A stretch of DNA of 64,000 nt from a virus. Taxonomy: Duplodnaviria; Caudoviricetes. Location: positions 1,159 through 65,158 of IMG/VR virus record IMGVR_UViG_2623620540_000004; one strand, given 5' to 3'. The notes below the pieces were generated by a model. It was not told the origin of the DNA, did no database searches, and saw only the letters and a program-made list of their open reading frames with translations. The number at the start of each line of letters is the position of its first letter. Within the stretch, counting starts at the first letter, position 1. Of the stretch, positions 17,067-25,968 are shown in pieces. Both the position numbers and the translations under genes were made by a program.

Positions 17067-17088
17067 AAAAGCCCGCGCGCGGCGGGCT
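17067..17088 (-). terminator. Terminator-like hairpin
   Basis: AGCCCGC-CGCGC-GCGGGCT-TTT on minus strand. Confidence 0.55.
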
Positions 17089-17109
17089 GGTGGTGATGCT
17101 GGTGGTGCT

Positions 17110-17481
17110 TTACTTCTTGGCAGTGTCGGCAGCGGCCTTCTCGGCAGCTTTGGCGGCAGCCTTGTCGGCAGCAGCTTTGTCGGCAGCGGCCTTCTCGGCG
17201 GCGGCGCGCTCGTCGGCGAGGCGCTGGGCCTCGGCTTCATTGGCGCGGGCTTGGTTGTCCAGGCGGTCGCGCTCTGCGTCCATCTCTCGTTCGCGCGCCA
17301 GCAGGCGCTCGTGAGCAGCTTGCAGCTCGGCTACGGTAGGCGCGCGCTCGATGACGCCCATACCCTGGTCGGTACCGTCGTCGTACAGCTCGTGCACGTC
17401 GGGGTTGAAGTCGGCCTGGTCGATGACGACGAAAGCGCCCTGGGTAGCTGGATGGGTGGATTTGACTTTGATGGTTGGCAT
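17110..17481 (-). CDS. Small capsid-associated protein with Ala/Lys repeat tail
   Basis: Directly after capsid gene; VVIDQADFNPDVHELY core and AAADKAAA repeats. Confidence 0.7.
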   Translation of the reverse strand: MPTIKVKSTHPATQGAFVVIDQADFNPDVHELYDDGTDQGMGVIERAPTVAELQAAHERLLAREREMDAERDRLDNQARANEAEAQRLADERAAAEKAAADKAAADKAAAKAAEKAAADTAKK

Positions 17482-17535
17482 TGCGTTCTCGCAGGTTGCC
17501 CGGCACCGTGGTGGCCGCCGGGTGGTGTTGGTGAA

Positions 17536-18870
17536 TTAGCCCAGCAGGATGCCGATGTGCTCGTCTTTCGCGGCGCCTACGCCCCAGACCAGCGCGATCT
17601 CGTATTGCACCTGGCGGTACTGCATGTACATGCTCACCTCGAACGACAGGCCCGAGACAGGGTCGGTGATGATGGTGCGGTCAGCGGCCGAGTCGCCCTG
17701 CGCTGGCAGCGCCGGCACACGAGTCGCCAGCACGATGGCCGAGCGGGCGAAGAACATGTTGCGGAAGCCGACGTTGGCTACGGTGATCGCGGTCGCGGCA
17801 GCTGGGATCGCTTGCAGTAGGCCAGGCGCAGCAATGGTGATGGTGCCGCCATCGGCCGAGCTGGCGTCGCCGGAGGAAACCACATACTTGTTCTCAGGAT
17901 CGCCTGCGATGCTGATCACGTCGCCAGCCACGAACGAGCCGGTGCCGGCGGCAGCCAGGGTGATGACCGTGGCGCCGAAGGCATAGCCGTTTGCGTTGGT
18001 GGTGGCGCCGGCGGCGGTGCCCTTCGCTGGGCGCTTGATCTGCGCGGACTGGCGCAGCGCCAGGCCTTGCAGGCGGTCGGTAATGCCGTCGCGCAGCATG
18101 TCTTCACGACCCGCTTTCTCGACGTTGAACAGGCCCGATTGCTTGCCGCGCATGTTCTGCATCGCTGCCGAGCCCAGCACCATCTGGAAGTCCAGGCCCT
18201 GGGCGCCGTTGTCTTCCAGGATGCGCAGCGCGCCGGCGGTGTCGCCGAGGTCGTTTGCAATACCGAAAGGCGCGGTGCCCGGGGTGCCGTAGGCGCGGGA
18301 GGCCTTGACGTGCAGCGCGGTCAGGTCCGATTCGACTTCGTTGCACAGCGTGCGCATCGCCTGGGCGAACTGGTCGCGCAGGATGATGTTGTAGCTGTTG
18401 CCGCTGTTATCCAGGGCCAGCTTCTCTTCGCCGTTCCAGCGGATCGGCACGCGGCGCGCCTTGGTCAAGGTCACCGACTTGTTGCCGATGTTTTGGTCGC
18501 CGTCATTCGGGGGCGTCACGGCTGGCGTGATGTCGGTCGCGGTCGCGGCAGGTGCCACTGGCGAAGTGACCACCTGGCCGACAGCCGCACGGGCGAACGT
18601 CATGTCAGCGGACACGGCGGGGATCATGCCCACCTGTTCGCGCGAGACGACGTCCATCGCGTTGTACAGGGTGGTGATCAGGCCGGTCAGGTTGTTCGGG
18701 CCCAGCACCAGGCCGGTCTTTGCGGCGTAGTTCCAGATGTGGGCCTGAACCAGTTCGCCGACTACCTTGGCGCAGAACGCAGCTTTGTCGGCGCAAGTGG
18801 TGACGGCCTGGGCAGTCGAGGACAGGGCCATCGCAGCAAAAGCGACGATGGAAATCAACATTTTCTTCAT
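17536..18870 (-). CDS. Major capsid protein (P22 coat-like family) with N-terminal hydrophobic extension
   Basis: NNLTGLI.TLY.A.DVVSRE.VG, EI.LVWGV.A.K..H..ILLG motifs; after scaffold; ATG at 18870 after AAAGG. Confidence 0.9.
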   Translation of the reverse strand: MKKMLISIVAFAAMALSSTAQAVTTCADKAAFCAKVVGELVQAHIWNYAAKTGLVLGPNNLTGLITTLYNAMDVVSREQVGMIPAVSADMTFARAAVGQVVTSPVAPAATATDITPAVTPPNDGDQNIGNKSVTLTKARRVPIRWNGEEKLALDNSGNSYNIILRDQFAQAMRTLCNEVESDLTALHVKASRAYGTPGTAPFGIANDLGDTAGALRILEDNGAQGLDFQMVLGSAAMQNMRGKQSGLFNVEKAGREDMLRDGITDRLQGLALRQSAQIKRPAKGTAAGATTNANGYAFGATVITLAAAGTGSFVAGDVISIAGDPENKYVVSSGDASSADGGTITIAAPGLLQAIPAAATAITVANVGFRNMFFARSAIVLATRVPALPAQGDSAADRTIITDPVSGLSFEVSMYMQYRQVQYEIALVWGVGAAKDEHIGILLG

Positions 18871-18904
18871 GATGGAATTGCCTTTAATTGGTGGTTTGAG
18901 GTTT

Positions 18905-18960
18905 TGAACAGAGAGGCCATCCAGCCCAAAAGCACCGACTTGCCCATCCAGGCGCCGGCA
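18905..18960 (-). promoter_or_regulatory. Two GGAT-loop hairpins in capsid leader
   Basis: GCCT-GGAT-GGGC and GGGCT-GGAT-GGCCT on minus strand. Confidence 0.45.
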
Positions 18961-18984
18961 AAGCACTGCGGTACTACGGAAACG

Positions 18985-19007
18985 AAGAAGCCCGCGCGCG
19001 GCGGGCC
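18985..19007 (-). terminator. Terminator-like hairpin after scaffold gene
   Basis: GCCCGC-CGCGC-GCGGGC then TTCTTCGTTT on minus strand. Confidence 0.5.
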
Positions 19008-19029
19008 TCGGTTACTGCTATGGCGACGA

Positions 19030-19842
19030 TCAGTCGACGATCGCTGCGCCTTCTTTCATTGCGCCGGCGCGGGCCATGGGGTCCATGGCGTCGTACGCGG
19101 CGCGGGTGATTTGCTTCTTGCCATCGGCAGTCTTGCCGCCGTTGCCTTGGGCGCCGCTACCGGATGCGCCGGACCCGGCCAGAATCTGCTCCTTAAACGG
19201 GCAGGCGGCAACCAGTTGAGCGAGGCCTTCATCGAAGTCGGCGATTTCACCCGGACGGGTCGGCGAGAAGATCTTGTTGCCGGCTGCGTCGTATGGAACC
19301 ATCTTGCCATCTTCGACCTTGAAGTTGTTGCCGAAGTAGGCGCGTGCCATTTCAGGCGGGATCGCAAGATGGCTCGGGTGCTTGGCTTCTTTGTTGAACA
19401 GCTTCGAGCCGGTGAAACCACCGCCGATCATATGGTTGTTCAATTCGGTGGTGCGCTTTTCCAGTGTCGCAGTCAGCTCCTGCAACTGTTGGGCACTGGC
19501 TTTGGCCTGGGCCGCAACCTGCTCTTGCGCCGTTTTGGCAGCAGCATCCTGGATTTCCTTGACCTGGGCGGCCGTCTTCAGTTCACCGGAGCTCAGGCTC
19601 TTGACGGTGTTGAGGGCGGCCAGCGCCGCCACGCCGTCTTCGATGCCTTCGAAAGATTTCAGCTTGCTCTCGGCAGCTTCCTTCGCCTCGCGGTGGGTCT
19701 TGGCCTCGCCGTTCAGGCGGGTGATCGTGCCCAGCGTGGCCTCGGCATCGAATGGTGCCTCGGTGCCATTGGCGTGGATGAAGATCGGCAGCTTCTTCTC
19801 ATCCAGGGCGATGGTGCCGTCGGCGTTGTATTTGTATGGCAT
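19030..19842 (-). CDS. Capsid scaffolding protein
   Basis: Coiled-coil 270 aa upstream of capsid; C-terminal SGASGSGA linker and ITRAAYDAM.P motif. Confidence 0.85.
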   Translation of the reverse strand: MPYKYNADGTIALDEKKLPIFIHANGTEAPFDAEATLGTITRLNGEAKTHREAKEAAESKLKSFEGIEDGVAALAALNTVKSLSSGELKTAAQVKEIQDAAAKTAQEQVAAQAKASAQQLQELTATLEKRTTELNNHMIGGGFTGSKLFNKEAKHPSHLAIPPEMARAYFGNNFKVEDGKMVPYDAAGNKIFSPTRPGEIADFDEGLAQLVAACPFKEQILAGSGASGSGAQGNGGKTADGKKQITRAAYDAMDPMARAGAMKEGAAIVD

Positions 19843-19849
19843 GGTCTGA

Positions 19850-19910
19850 CTTTCCGGGCATCCGCCCTATCGATGGCCTTCCGGCCGTGCACCGCGTCGC
19901 GTCCGCTTGC
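19850..19910 (-). promoter_or_regulatory. GGAN-loop hairpins in scaffold leader
   Basis: GC-GGAC-GC, GGCC-GGAA-GGCC, GGGC-GGAT-GCCC immediately before the GGAAAG RBS. Confidence 0.45.
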
Positions 19911-19915
19911 GGCAT

Positions 19916-19938
19916 AAAAAAACCGCCTCGAGGGCGGC
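19916..19938 (-). terminator. Rho-independent terminator
   Basis: GCCGCC-CTCGA-GGCGGT-TTTTTT on minus strand. Confidence 0.75.
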
Positions 19939-19957
19939 ATGGTGAATTCGGTGGTTG

Positions 19958-20362
19958 CTACATTCGCTCCAGGCGCTCGGCCCGGAATATGTCGTCAGGG
20001 TGATTCGACAGCTTACGCAGCGCGCTGGCCATGTGGCAGCCATGGCCATTTGCGACGGCGTAGTCGTCGGCCTCCAGTTCCTGCCGGCGCCGGCGGCGCG
20101 CGCCAGGGTTCAGGAACAGGCATCGCAGCATCAAGTTGGTCCAGACGTGCAGGTGATGCCGGTGGCCGTTCTCGTGCGAAGTTACCGCGGCTATTTCGTC
20201 GGCCGTGAGCAGCGTCGGCAACCAGGTCGGCAGCCGCGCGCGGAATCCGTCGAAGTGCGCCTGGTGCACCGGCAGCGCCGTGGCGACCAGCGCGACCATA
20301 AGCAGGTTGAACGCGACCCAGCCGGCCCACAGCCAGCAGATGATATTAATGGCTGTTTGCAT
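19958..20362 (-). CDS. Membrane-anchored zinc metallopeptidase, M48/M56-like
   Basis: N-terminal TM, EIAAV..HENGH (HExxH) and QELEADDYA motif. Confidence 0.75.
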   Translation of the reverse strand: MQTAINIICWLWAGWVAFNLLMVALVATALPVHQAHFDGFRARLPTWLPTLLTADEIAAVTSHENGHRHHLHVWTNLMLRCLFLNPGARRRRRQELEADDYAVANGHGCHMASALRKLSNHPDDIFRAERLERM

Positions 20363-20375
20363 ATGTTTCGGATGT

Positions 20376-20403
20376 AAAAAAACCGCCAGGTTGCCCGGGC
20401 GGC
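20376..20403 (-). terminator. Rho-independent terminator
   Basis: GCCGCCCGG-GCAA-CCTGGCGGT-TTTTTT on minus strand. Confidence 0.7.
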
Positions 20404-20428
20404 TTTGTGGATGCTGCACTAAAAAAAT

Positions 20429-20797
20429 TTACTCGGCGACGCGTAGATATGTCTGGTGATTCGAGCCTGTCTTCTCGCCCAACTCAATGCCTGGAGTTAG
20501 GCCGGCAGACACTCCCGCGAAGAAATCCTTGCCAGCTGCGATGCGAGCCGATTTTGAAAAACCCTCCCAATCATCCTTTGAAAACAACTTCTTCAGAATG
20601 AAGGGCTCACTTCCAACCGCACGCCTTGACGCGATTTTTTCAGCCTTACGCGCAATGCTGTGTGCCTCAGCATCATAAGTCAGCTCGCCAGCCTTTTTCA
20701 AAAGATAGGCACCTATTCCCGGACAGCCCGCAGCTCGTGATTTCGCGAGAAGCCGCGCATAGGACTCATCAGACATTACAACACGAACATTCTTCAT
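20429..20797 (-). CDS. AT-richer moron, DUF1413-like C-terminal domain with possible ribbon-helix-helix N-terminus
   Basis: FILKKLFSKDDW...RIAAGKDFF..V...GI..GEK.GSNHQTY pattern; composition shift. Confidence 0.5.
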   Translation of the reverse strand: MKNVRVVMSDESYARLLAKSRAAGCPGIGAYLLKKAGELTYDAEAHSIARKAEKIASRRAVGSEPFILKKLFSKDDWEGFSKSARIAAGKDFFAGVSAGLTPGIELGEKTGSNHQTYLRVAE

Positions 20798-20994
20798 AAT
20801 AAACTCCGAGAAGGCGTGACACGCCAATGGAGCAATACTACGGGAAAAAACTCTGAGATGCAATCGATATTGATTGCATCTGACATGCTTTAATCTCTTT
20901 ACATCACCACCGTGCTCGCTGTTCATCAGGCAGCCGAAGCAGATAGCCCGCCGCGTGCGACTTTCGAGCTTGGGCGCCTGGAGCGCACCGCCCA

Positions 20995-21213
20995 TCACGT
21001 AGCGGTCGACGGCACGCCATTACTCAGCAAAAAATGGGCGGCTTGCGCGCCATGCGCCACCAGAATGATCTTGCGCGCTGGCGCGCCACCTGGCAGTTTT
21101 ACACCGGCGCCACCGAAGCCGGCAGCCTGGAGCTGCGCCAGCGCGGCGGCCAGGCCATCGACGTCAAGGTCAACGAGCGGCGCAGTAAGTAGGGATTTGG
21201 GATCGAAGGTCAT
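20995..21213 (-). CDS. Hypothetical protein
   Basis: 72-aa ORF directly after head morphogenesis gene, same strand. Confidence 0.5.
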   Translation of the reverse strand: MTFDPKSLLTAPLVDLDVDGLAAALAQLQAAGFGGAGVKLPGGAPARKIILVAHGAQAAHFLLSNGVPSTAT

Positions 21214-21227
21214 GCGTCGATTCTACC

Positions 21228-22379
21228 CTACTGCGAGTACATCGCCTTGAGCTGCTCGAGCTTGAGCGCCCGGCCTGACACGTCGACCAGGTCGCGCGAG
21301 TTCAGTTTGCCAGCGCGGAACAGTTCCGCCCTGCCCTTGCCCAGCGTCTCGTTTTGGAACTCAGCCCCCATCAGCTTAAGGAATTCGTCGAAGGTCGTCT
21401 TGGCGCTGATCGGGCCGGCGGCCGAGGCTCGCTGTGTCGGCTCCGGTTCGTCCATGTCGATGCCCATGTCGCGCAAGCTCTTCATGATGGCGATCTCGGA
21501 GCTGCGGCAGTTCCAGTGGCGCGGCACGCCGCCGTCCCATGGTAGCGCGTTCCCGTCGATAGGATTGTATTCCCAATCCCAAGAGGCGCCGCTGTACGCG
21601 ATGCACAGATGACTTGTATGACTGTCCAGCGTACTTACCTGCATAAATCCGTCGGTCACGTCGCGGTTCAGTTCGAATGTGGCGCGGCGCGCGGCAGCAG
21701 CCACGGTGGCCAAGCTGGTTTGCACGATCGCGGCGGCATTCTTCTTAGCCAGCGGCACGATGCCCGGAATTCCAGGCTGAATCACTGGCGCCGGGGCGGG
21801 CGCCTTCGCCGTCGGCGCGGCCGGCGGCAAAACAGCAGCATCTTGCCCGACGATCCGCTTGATGATCTGGGCGTTCGTCTCGCCCTGAGCGGCGCCGATG
21901 CGGATCTGGTTGGCCAGCTTGAACTGCGTGTCCTGCTGCTGGCGCAACCACCAGTTCTTGGCCGGCGAGCCTTGAATCAGGATGTCGCCGGCCAGCTTGC
22001 GCAGGTAGCCCTCGGTCGGGATGCCGACGCTCATGCGCACGGCAGCGCTGATCTCACCAGGTGCTGCGCGTTCGATCACGCCCGCGAGGGCCTGGCGCAC
22101 CGCCATCGATTCAACCTCGGCGATGCCGAAGAGATCGACCTGCAGCTGCGCCCGGCCGTAGTACCTGGCAATCAGGTCGTTCGACTCGCGCAGCACGGCA
22201 TTTCGACCTGCGCGGCTCAGCGCGGACAGTTCGCCGGCGTTGGCAATCGTCGATACCAGGTCCTTTTGCATCAGCACCAGCAGGGCCAGTACTCGCGCCT
22301 TAACCTCGGCCTCGACGCGCAGCATCTTGACGCCGCTTGCCATTAGCGCTTCGAGCAGCCATTCTTCAAGGGCGTTCAT
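21228..22379 (-). CDS. Head morphogenesis protein (MuF / SPP1 gp7 family)
   Basis: QVSTLDSHTS..C and PRHWNCRS motifs; follows portal. Confidence 0.88.
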   Translation of the reverse strand: MNALEEWLLEALMASGVKMLRVEAEVKARVLALLVLMQKDLVSTIANAGELSALSRAGRNAVLRESNDLIARYYGRAQLQVDLFGIAEVESMAVRQALAGVIERAAPGEISAAVRMSVGIPTEGYLRKLAGDILIQGSPAKNWWLRQQQDTQFKLANQIRIGAAQGETNAQIIKRIVGQDAAVLPPAAPTAKAPAPAPVIQPGIPGIVPLAKKNAAAIVQTSLATVAAAARRATFELNRDVTDGFMQVSTLDSHTSHLCIAYSGASWDWEYNPIDGNALPWDGGVPRHWNCRSSEIAIMKSLRDMGIDMDEPEPTQRASAAGPISAKTTFDEFLKLMGAEFQNETLGKGRAELFRAGKLNSRDLVDVSGRALKLEQLKAMYSQ

Positions 22380-23803
22380 TACTCGGCGTCCACTGGATCA
22401 GGCTTCGGCATCGGCACTTCGAACATAGGGGGCTCCAGACTGATGCGGCTTTGCACGTCCTTCCAGACCAGGTCCGGGTTCAGGATGCCGTAGCGCTGCA
22501 TTTCATTGAAAGCGTCTTCCTTCGACATCAGGCCGTTGTTCACCAGCTGGACCAGCGCGATGACAAATGGCCCTGCCGTGGCGATGATCATGTCGGATGC
22601 GAAGTCATCGAACACGTCGAGCGTGCCCTTGTACTCCATGCGCATCGGCTGGTGCATCAGGTCCAGGGCGTTATCGAGCGTGTCTTCCAGGCCCTGCGTC
22701 ATGCGCTGTAGCTGGCACTTCGCGTCGCCGTTCTCGATGTTGTTCTGGGTTGCGGTACTTGCGACTTCGCTGGCCACCAGCAGCTCAGCGCCCATCGCCC
22801 GCATCTGATCTTCCAGATCCTTGATGTCGTTGCGGCCGGCCTCGATGGCAGCACCGGTGTGCTCGACGTATTCGGCTTTGGCGCCGGTCGGCAGCCGGAG
22901 GAAGGTTTTTGCACCGATCTCGATGGTATCGTCATCAGTTACGCCGCTGATGGCCAGGATCGGAACGCGCGCGACGTGCAAGATGCTGCGCTGGTCGCTG
23001 GATGACTGCCAGTGCTCGACGTTCTTGTCCGCCATGTCCAGCAGCGGCGGCACGGCCGTCATGAAGCCGGTGCGCTTAGTGTAGAACGTGACCAGGGGAA
23101 TATTCTCGAATGACGTTACACCGCTGTCATGCTCGACCCATTCGTCTTTTTGCGCGTCCCTGCCCTTGCGGTAGGTCGCCCACGTTCCAGGCGTGAGCAC
23201 GCGGATCTGCTCCACCATGACCGTGCCGAAATCGCCGTCCGGCTCTTCCACACACTCCATGAGGCGCAGCATGTCCAATACTTCAACGCCGTTCTCGCCC
23301 TTGGTGCTGCGCCAGCCCAGCACTTGGCGAGGCTTGATGTGCACCAGATAAGGGCGCAAGCCGGCCTGTTTCTCGTCTGCCTGAGTGACGTACTTCCGGT
23401 TGCCATCCTTATCGATGGTCGGCGGAAGGTCCACCAGGATGTGCGTCAGGCCCTTAGCCAGCGCCTCGGTGAACACACTGTGGGCGAACACCGTGAGGTT
23501 GTTGCCACACAGATCGATGTTTGGCAGCCACTCCTCCGCCACCTTGTCGATGTCAGCGTACGTGATCTGCTCGGCGAAGGGCTTAGCGGCCATGTTCTCG
23601 ACCGTGCGGCCCAGCGCGTTGTACAGCGTCGAGGTCTTGAGGCGGTAGTCGTAAGATTTCTGGCTCTCGCCCGGGAACTTGGGCAGGAACTTCTCGCCAG
23701 CCGCGCGCATGGTCTTGGTGCCGCCGACCAGCGCGTCGATCTTGTCCCAATCGGCCTCCATGGCCTCGACTGCTGCGGATTTGTCGTTGACCTTGTTGGA
23801 CAT
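22379..23803 (-). CDS. Portal protein (DUF4055-type)
   Basis: GGTKTMRAAGEKFLPK, PPLLDMADKNVEHWQSSSDQ..ILH.ARVP motifs; follows terminase. Confidence 0.9.
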   Translation of the reverse strand: MSNKVNDKSAAVEAMEADWDKIDALVGGTKTMRAAGEKFLPKFPGESQKSYDYRLKTSTLYNALGRTVENMAAKPFAEQITYADIDKVAEEWLPNIDLCGNNLTVFAHSVFTEALAKGLTHILVDLPPTIDKDGNRKYVTQADEKQAGLRPYLVHIKPRQVLGWRSTKGENGVEVLDMLRLMECVEEPDGDFGTVMVEQIRVLTPGTWATYRKGRDAQKDEWVEHDSGVTSFENIPLVTFYTKRTGFMTAVPPLLDMADKNVEHWQSSSDQRSILHVARVPILAISGVTDDDTIEIGAKTFLRLPTGAKAEYVEHTGAAIEAGRNDIKDLEDQMRAMGAELLVASEVASTATQNNIENGDAKCQLQRMTQGLEDTLDNALDLMHQPMRMEYKGTLDVFDDFASDMIIATAGPFVIALVQLVNNGLMSKEDAFNEMQRYGILNPDLVWKDVQSRISLEPPMFEVPMPKPDPVDAE

Positions 23804-23815
23804 AGCTTCCTTGCT

Positions 23816-25102
23816 TTAGAACGGCAGCTCGCTCGAGGAGCCGTTGCGCTTCACAATCGGGTACCGCTTCACGATGAAGTAGCCGTTGGCGTCGTTCGGG
23901 TGGTCGTGGCCGGATTTCTTATCAGGCTGGCCATCGGCGCCCCACACCTGCTGCTCCAGCGCCTCGGTGGTGGTCGGGCACAGGTCGGTGTTGATCTTCC
24001 ACTGGCGCTCGCCGGCCGCGTTCAGGATCATCGCGTTGTAGGCGTTGACCCGGTCCTTCACGGCCGGGTTGGTGTGATTCACTTCCAGCTGGAAGCCGGC
24101 CGCGCGCAGGATCGACAGGTCCGACTCGCTGGCGTTCTTGCTACTGGTGTTCTGGCCGGAGGCATCCGGGTAAATCTTGACCTGGTGGCCCTTGTCCTTG
24201 AAGTCTTCCTTCAGGATCCTGGCCATCGCCGGCGTGTCGCGCACCTTCACGCGCTCGGCCAGCGTCAGCGGCATGCCCTCGCGAACCACATTGATGCAGG
24301 CGGTCATATTCTGCACGTTGAAGTCGAGGCCCACCTGCAGCGGCTCGCCCGGCAGGATGATCGCCGTGCTGCGGTTCTTGATGCGGTCGAAGTCGGGATA
24401 GACCGAACCGCTGGTCAAGTTGGTGAACTTGCCGCGCAGGTACGCGTCGATCAGCGCCGGCGGGTAGCTGGCCAGCAGCGACGGGATGTAATCGGCCGGG
24501 AGGTTGAGCTCGTTGTCGAACGTGCTCGCCTGGATCAGGCCGTACAGCGAGGCCAGCTCAGGCTTGTCCCGCACCGCCTTCACAAACTGCGCGTAGACGA
24601 ACTTGAAGCCCTCCGGCGTGGTCGTCACGTCGATGCCGTTCAACAGGCCCGGCACGTTGTAGCGCATCCGTGCGATGATCTTGCGCCAGGCCGTCTCGGC
24701 CTTTTTCATCGGCATCACGTCGAGCTCGTCGATTAGCGCGTGGCCGATCTTGAAGCCCACGATGGTTTCCGGCTTCTCCATGGAACGGCAGATGACCGTG
24801 CCGCGATACAGCCGGCCCTCGTACACCTCGACCTCGTGGTCGCCCTGCTTGACCTTGATCTTGAGGCCCATCGCATAGGCCACCTCCTCCATCGTGGGAT
24901 AGAAGATGTCGCGGATCTGCGGGTAGGTCGGCGCGAAGTAGCCCTGGCTGATGCCCGGCCACTGCCAGAAGTGCATACAGATGCCCACGCAGCCCACGAA
25001 GGTCTTGCCCGAGCCGAAGCCGGCCACGTAGGCCTTGTACTTATGCGGCAGGTTGAGGAAGTTCGCCTGGGGGATGTTCAGTTCGAGAGCTGGTGTCGTC
25101 AT
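23816..25102 (-). CDS. terL: Terminase large subunit
   Basis: YVAGFGSGKT Walker A, LIDELD Walker B, GLDFN nuclease motif, DHPNDA. Confidence 0.95.
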   Translation of the reverse strand: MTTPALELNIPQANFLNLPHKYKAYVAGFGSGKTFVGCVGICMHFWQWPGISQGYFAPTYPQIRDIFYPTMEEVAYAMGLKIKVKQGDHEVEVYEGRLYRGTVICRSMEKPETIVGFKIGHALIDELDVMPMKKAETAWRKIIARMRYNVPGLLNGIDVTTTPEGFKFVYAQFVKAVRDKPELASLYGLIQASTFDNELNLPADYIPSLLASYPPALIDAYLRGKFTNLTSGSVYPDFDRIKNRSTAIILPGEPLQVGLDFNVQNMTACINVVREGMPLTLAERVKVRDTPAMARILKEDFKDKGHQVKIYPDASGQNTSSKNASESDLSILRAAGFQLEVNHTNPAVKDRVNAYNAMILNAAGERQWKINTDLCPTTTEALEQQVWGADGQPDKKSGHDHPNDANGYFIVKRYPIVKRNGSSSELPF

Positions 25103-25631
25103 GCCGCGCGGCGTCCTTAACGCCGATCACGATCTGCACCGGTGTCGGCTTGTCGTCTTCGGGCTTGATGTCCTTGGTGGCCTTGATCAGGTCCAGGCCG
25201 ATCTCGGCGGCGCCGTTGGCGAGCCGTGTCAGCGCGCCGATGTCGCTCAAGGCAACTCGGCTCGCATCGTCCATCGGCTTGGCGTCGTCAATCTCGTTGA
25301 CCTTGGCGTGGGCAATGCCCGACAGCCGATGCGCGGTCGCAGCGCCGTAGCGTGCGGCGCCGGCCAGGTGCATCGAGATTTCCTTGAGCTCGTCGGCCAA
25401 GGTGCGCGCCTGAATTTGCGCACTAATCGGAAGTGCGCGGAAGGCCGTTTCTGCTGCAACCAATTGATTTGCAACATCTTTTACTTGTTTCGTCTGCGCA
25501 CCACAGCGTTTGCGGATGGCGGCTTCGGAGATATCGAATTCGCGGGCAAGGGCTCTGCCTTTCTCCCCTGCGAGGAGGCGCCGCTCGATCTCCGACCACT
25601 GCTTTTCTGTCAGGGATGATTTGCGACCCAT
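25041..25631 (-). CDS. terS: Terminase small subunit
   Basis: N-terminal HTH (GRALAREFDISEAAIRKR), helical body; directly upstream of terL. Confidence 0.8.
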   Translation of the reverse strand: MGRKSSLTEKQWSEIERRLLAGEKGRALAREFDISEAAIRKRCGAQTKQVKDVANQLVAAETAFRALPISAQIQARTLADELKEISMHLAGAARYGAATAHRLSGIAHAKVNEIDDAKPMDDASRVALSDIGALTRLANGAAEIGLDLIKATKDIKPEDDKPTPVQIVIGVKDAARHDDTSSRTEHPPGELPQPAA

Positions 25632-25680
25632 CGTAAACCTTCTGGTAATATTTCTCTAACTCAACGAAATCACCTCAAAG

Positions 25681-25932
25681 ATGACCCGATACGTTCAAAT
25701 GCAGCAAACCGATTTCTTCGGCTTCTCCCGTGCTTTCCCGGAATCAGACGCCCAAGCAATCCTCGGCGCGAGACTGAATGTTCGCTTTGATCTCTCGAAT
25801 GGCTTCGGAATCCTACGGCCTGGAGACGACGTGAGTTTGATTTTCAAAAGCGGTTCAGGCATGCGCACGTATGAATTGAATTTCGCGAAGCTGTGCGACT
25901 TGCTCAGAGAGCCGCCTATTGATGACGAGTAA
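25681..25932 (+). CDS. Hypothetical protein (antisense moron)
   Basis: 83-aa AT-richer ORF opposite to late operon. Confidence 0.5.
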   Translation: MTRYVQMQQTDFFGFSRAFPESDAQAILGARLNVRFDLSNGFGILRPGDDVSLIFKSGSGMRTYELNFAKLCDLLREPPIDDE

Positions 25933-25968
25933 GCAGCGGCGCCTACTTCACGCTGCCTGGGAGCGCCA

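Noticed and set aside
17110-17230. Short tandem DNA repeats (GCAGCGGCCTTCTCGGC-like)
   Set aside because: Encode the Ala/Lys repeat tail of a protein; no unique spacers, not CRISPR
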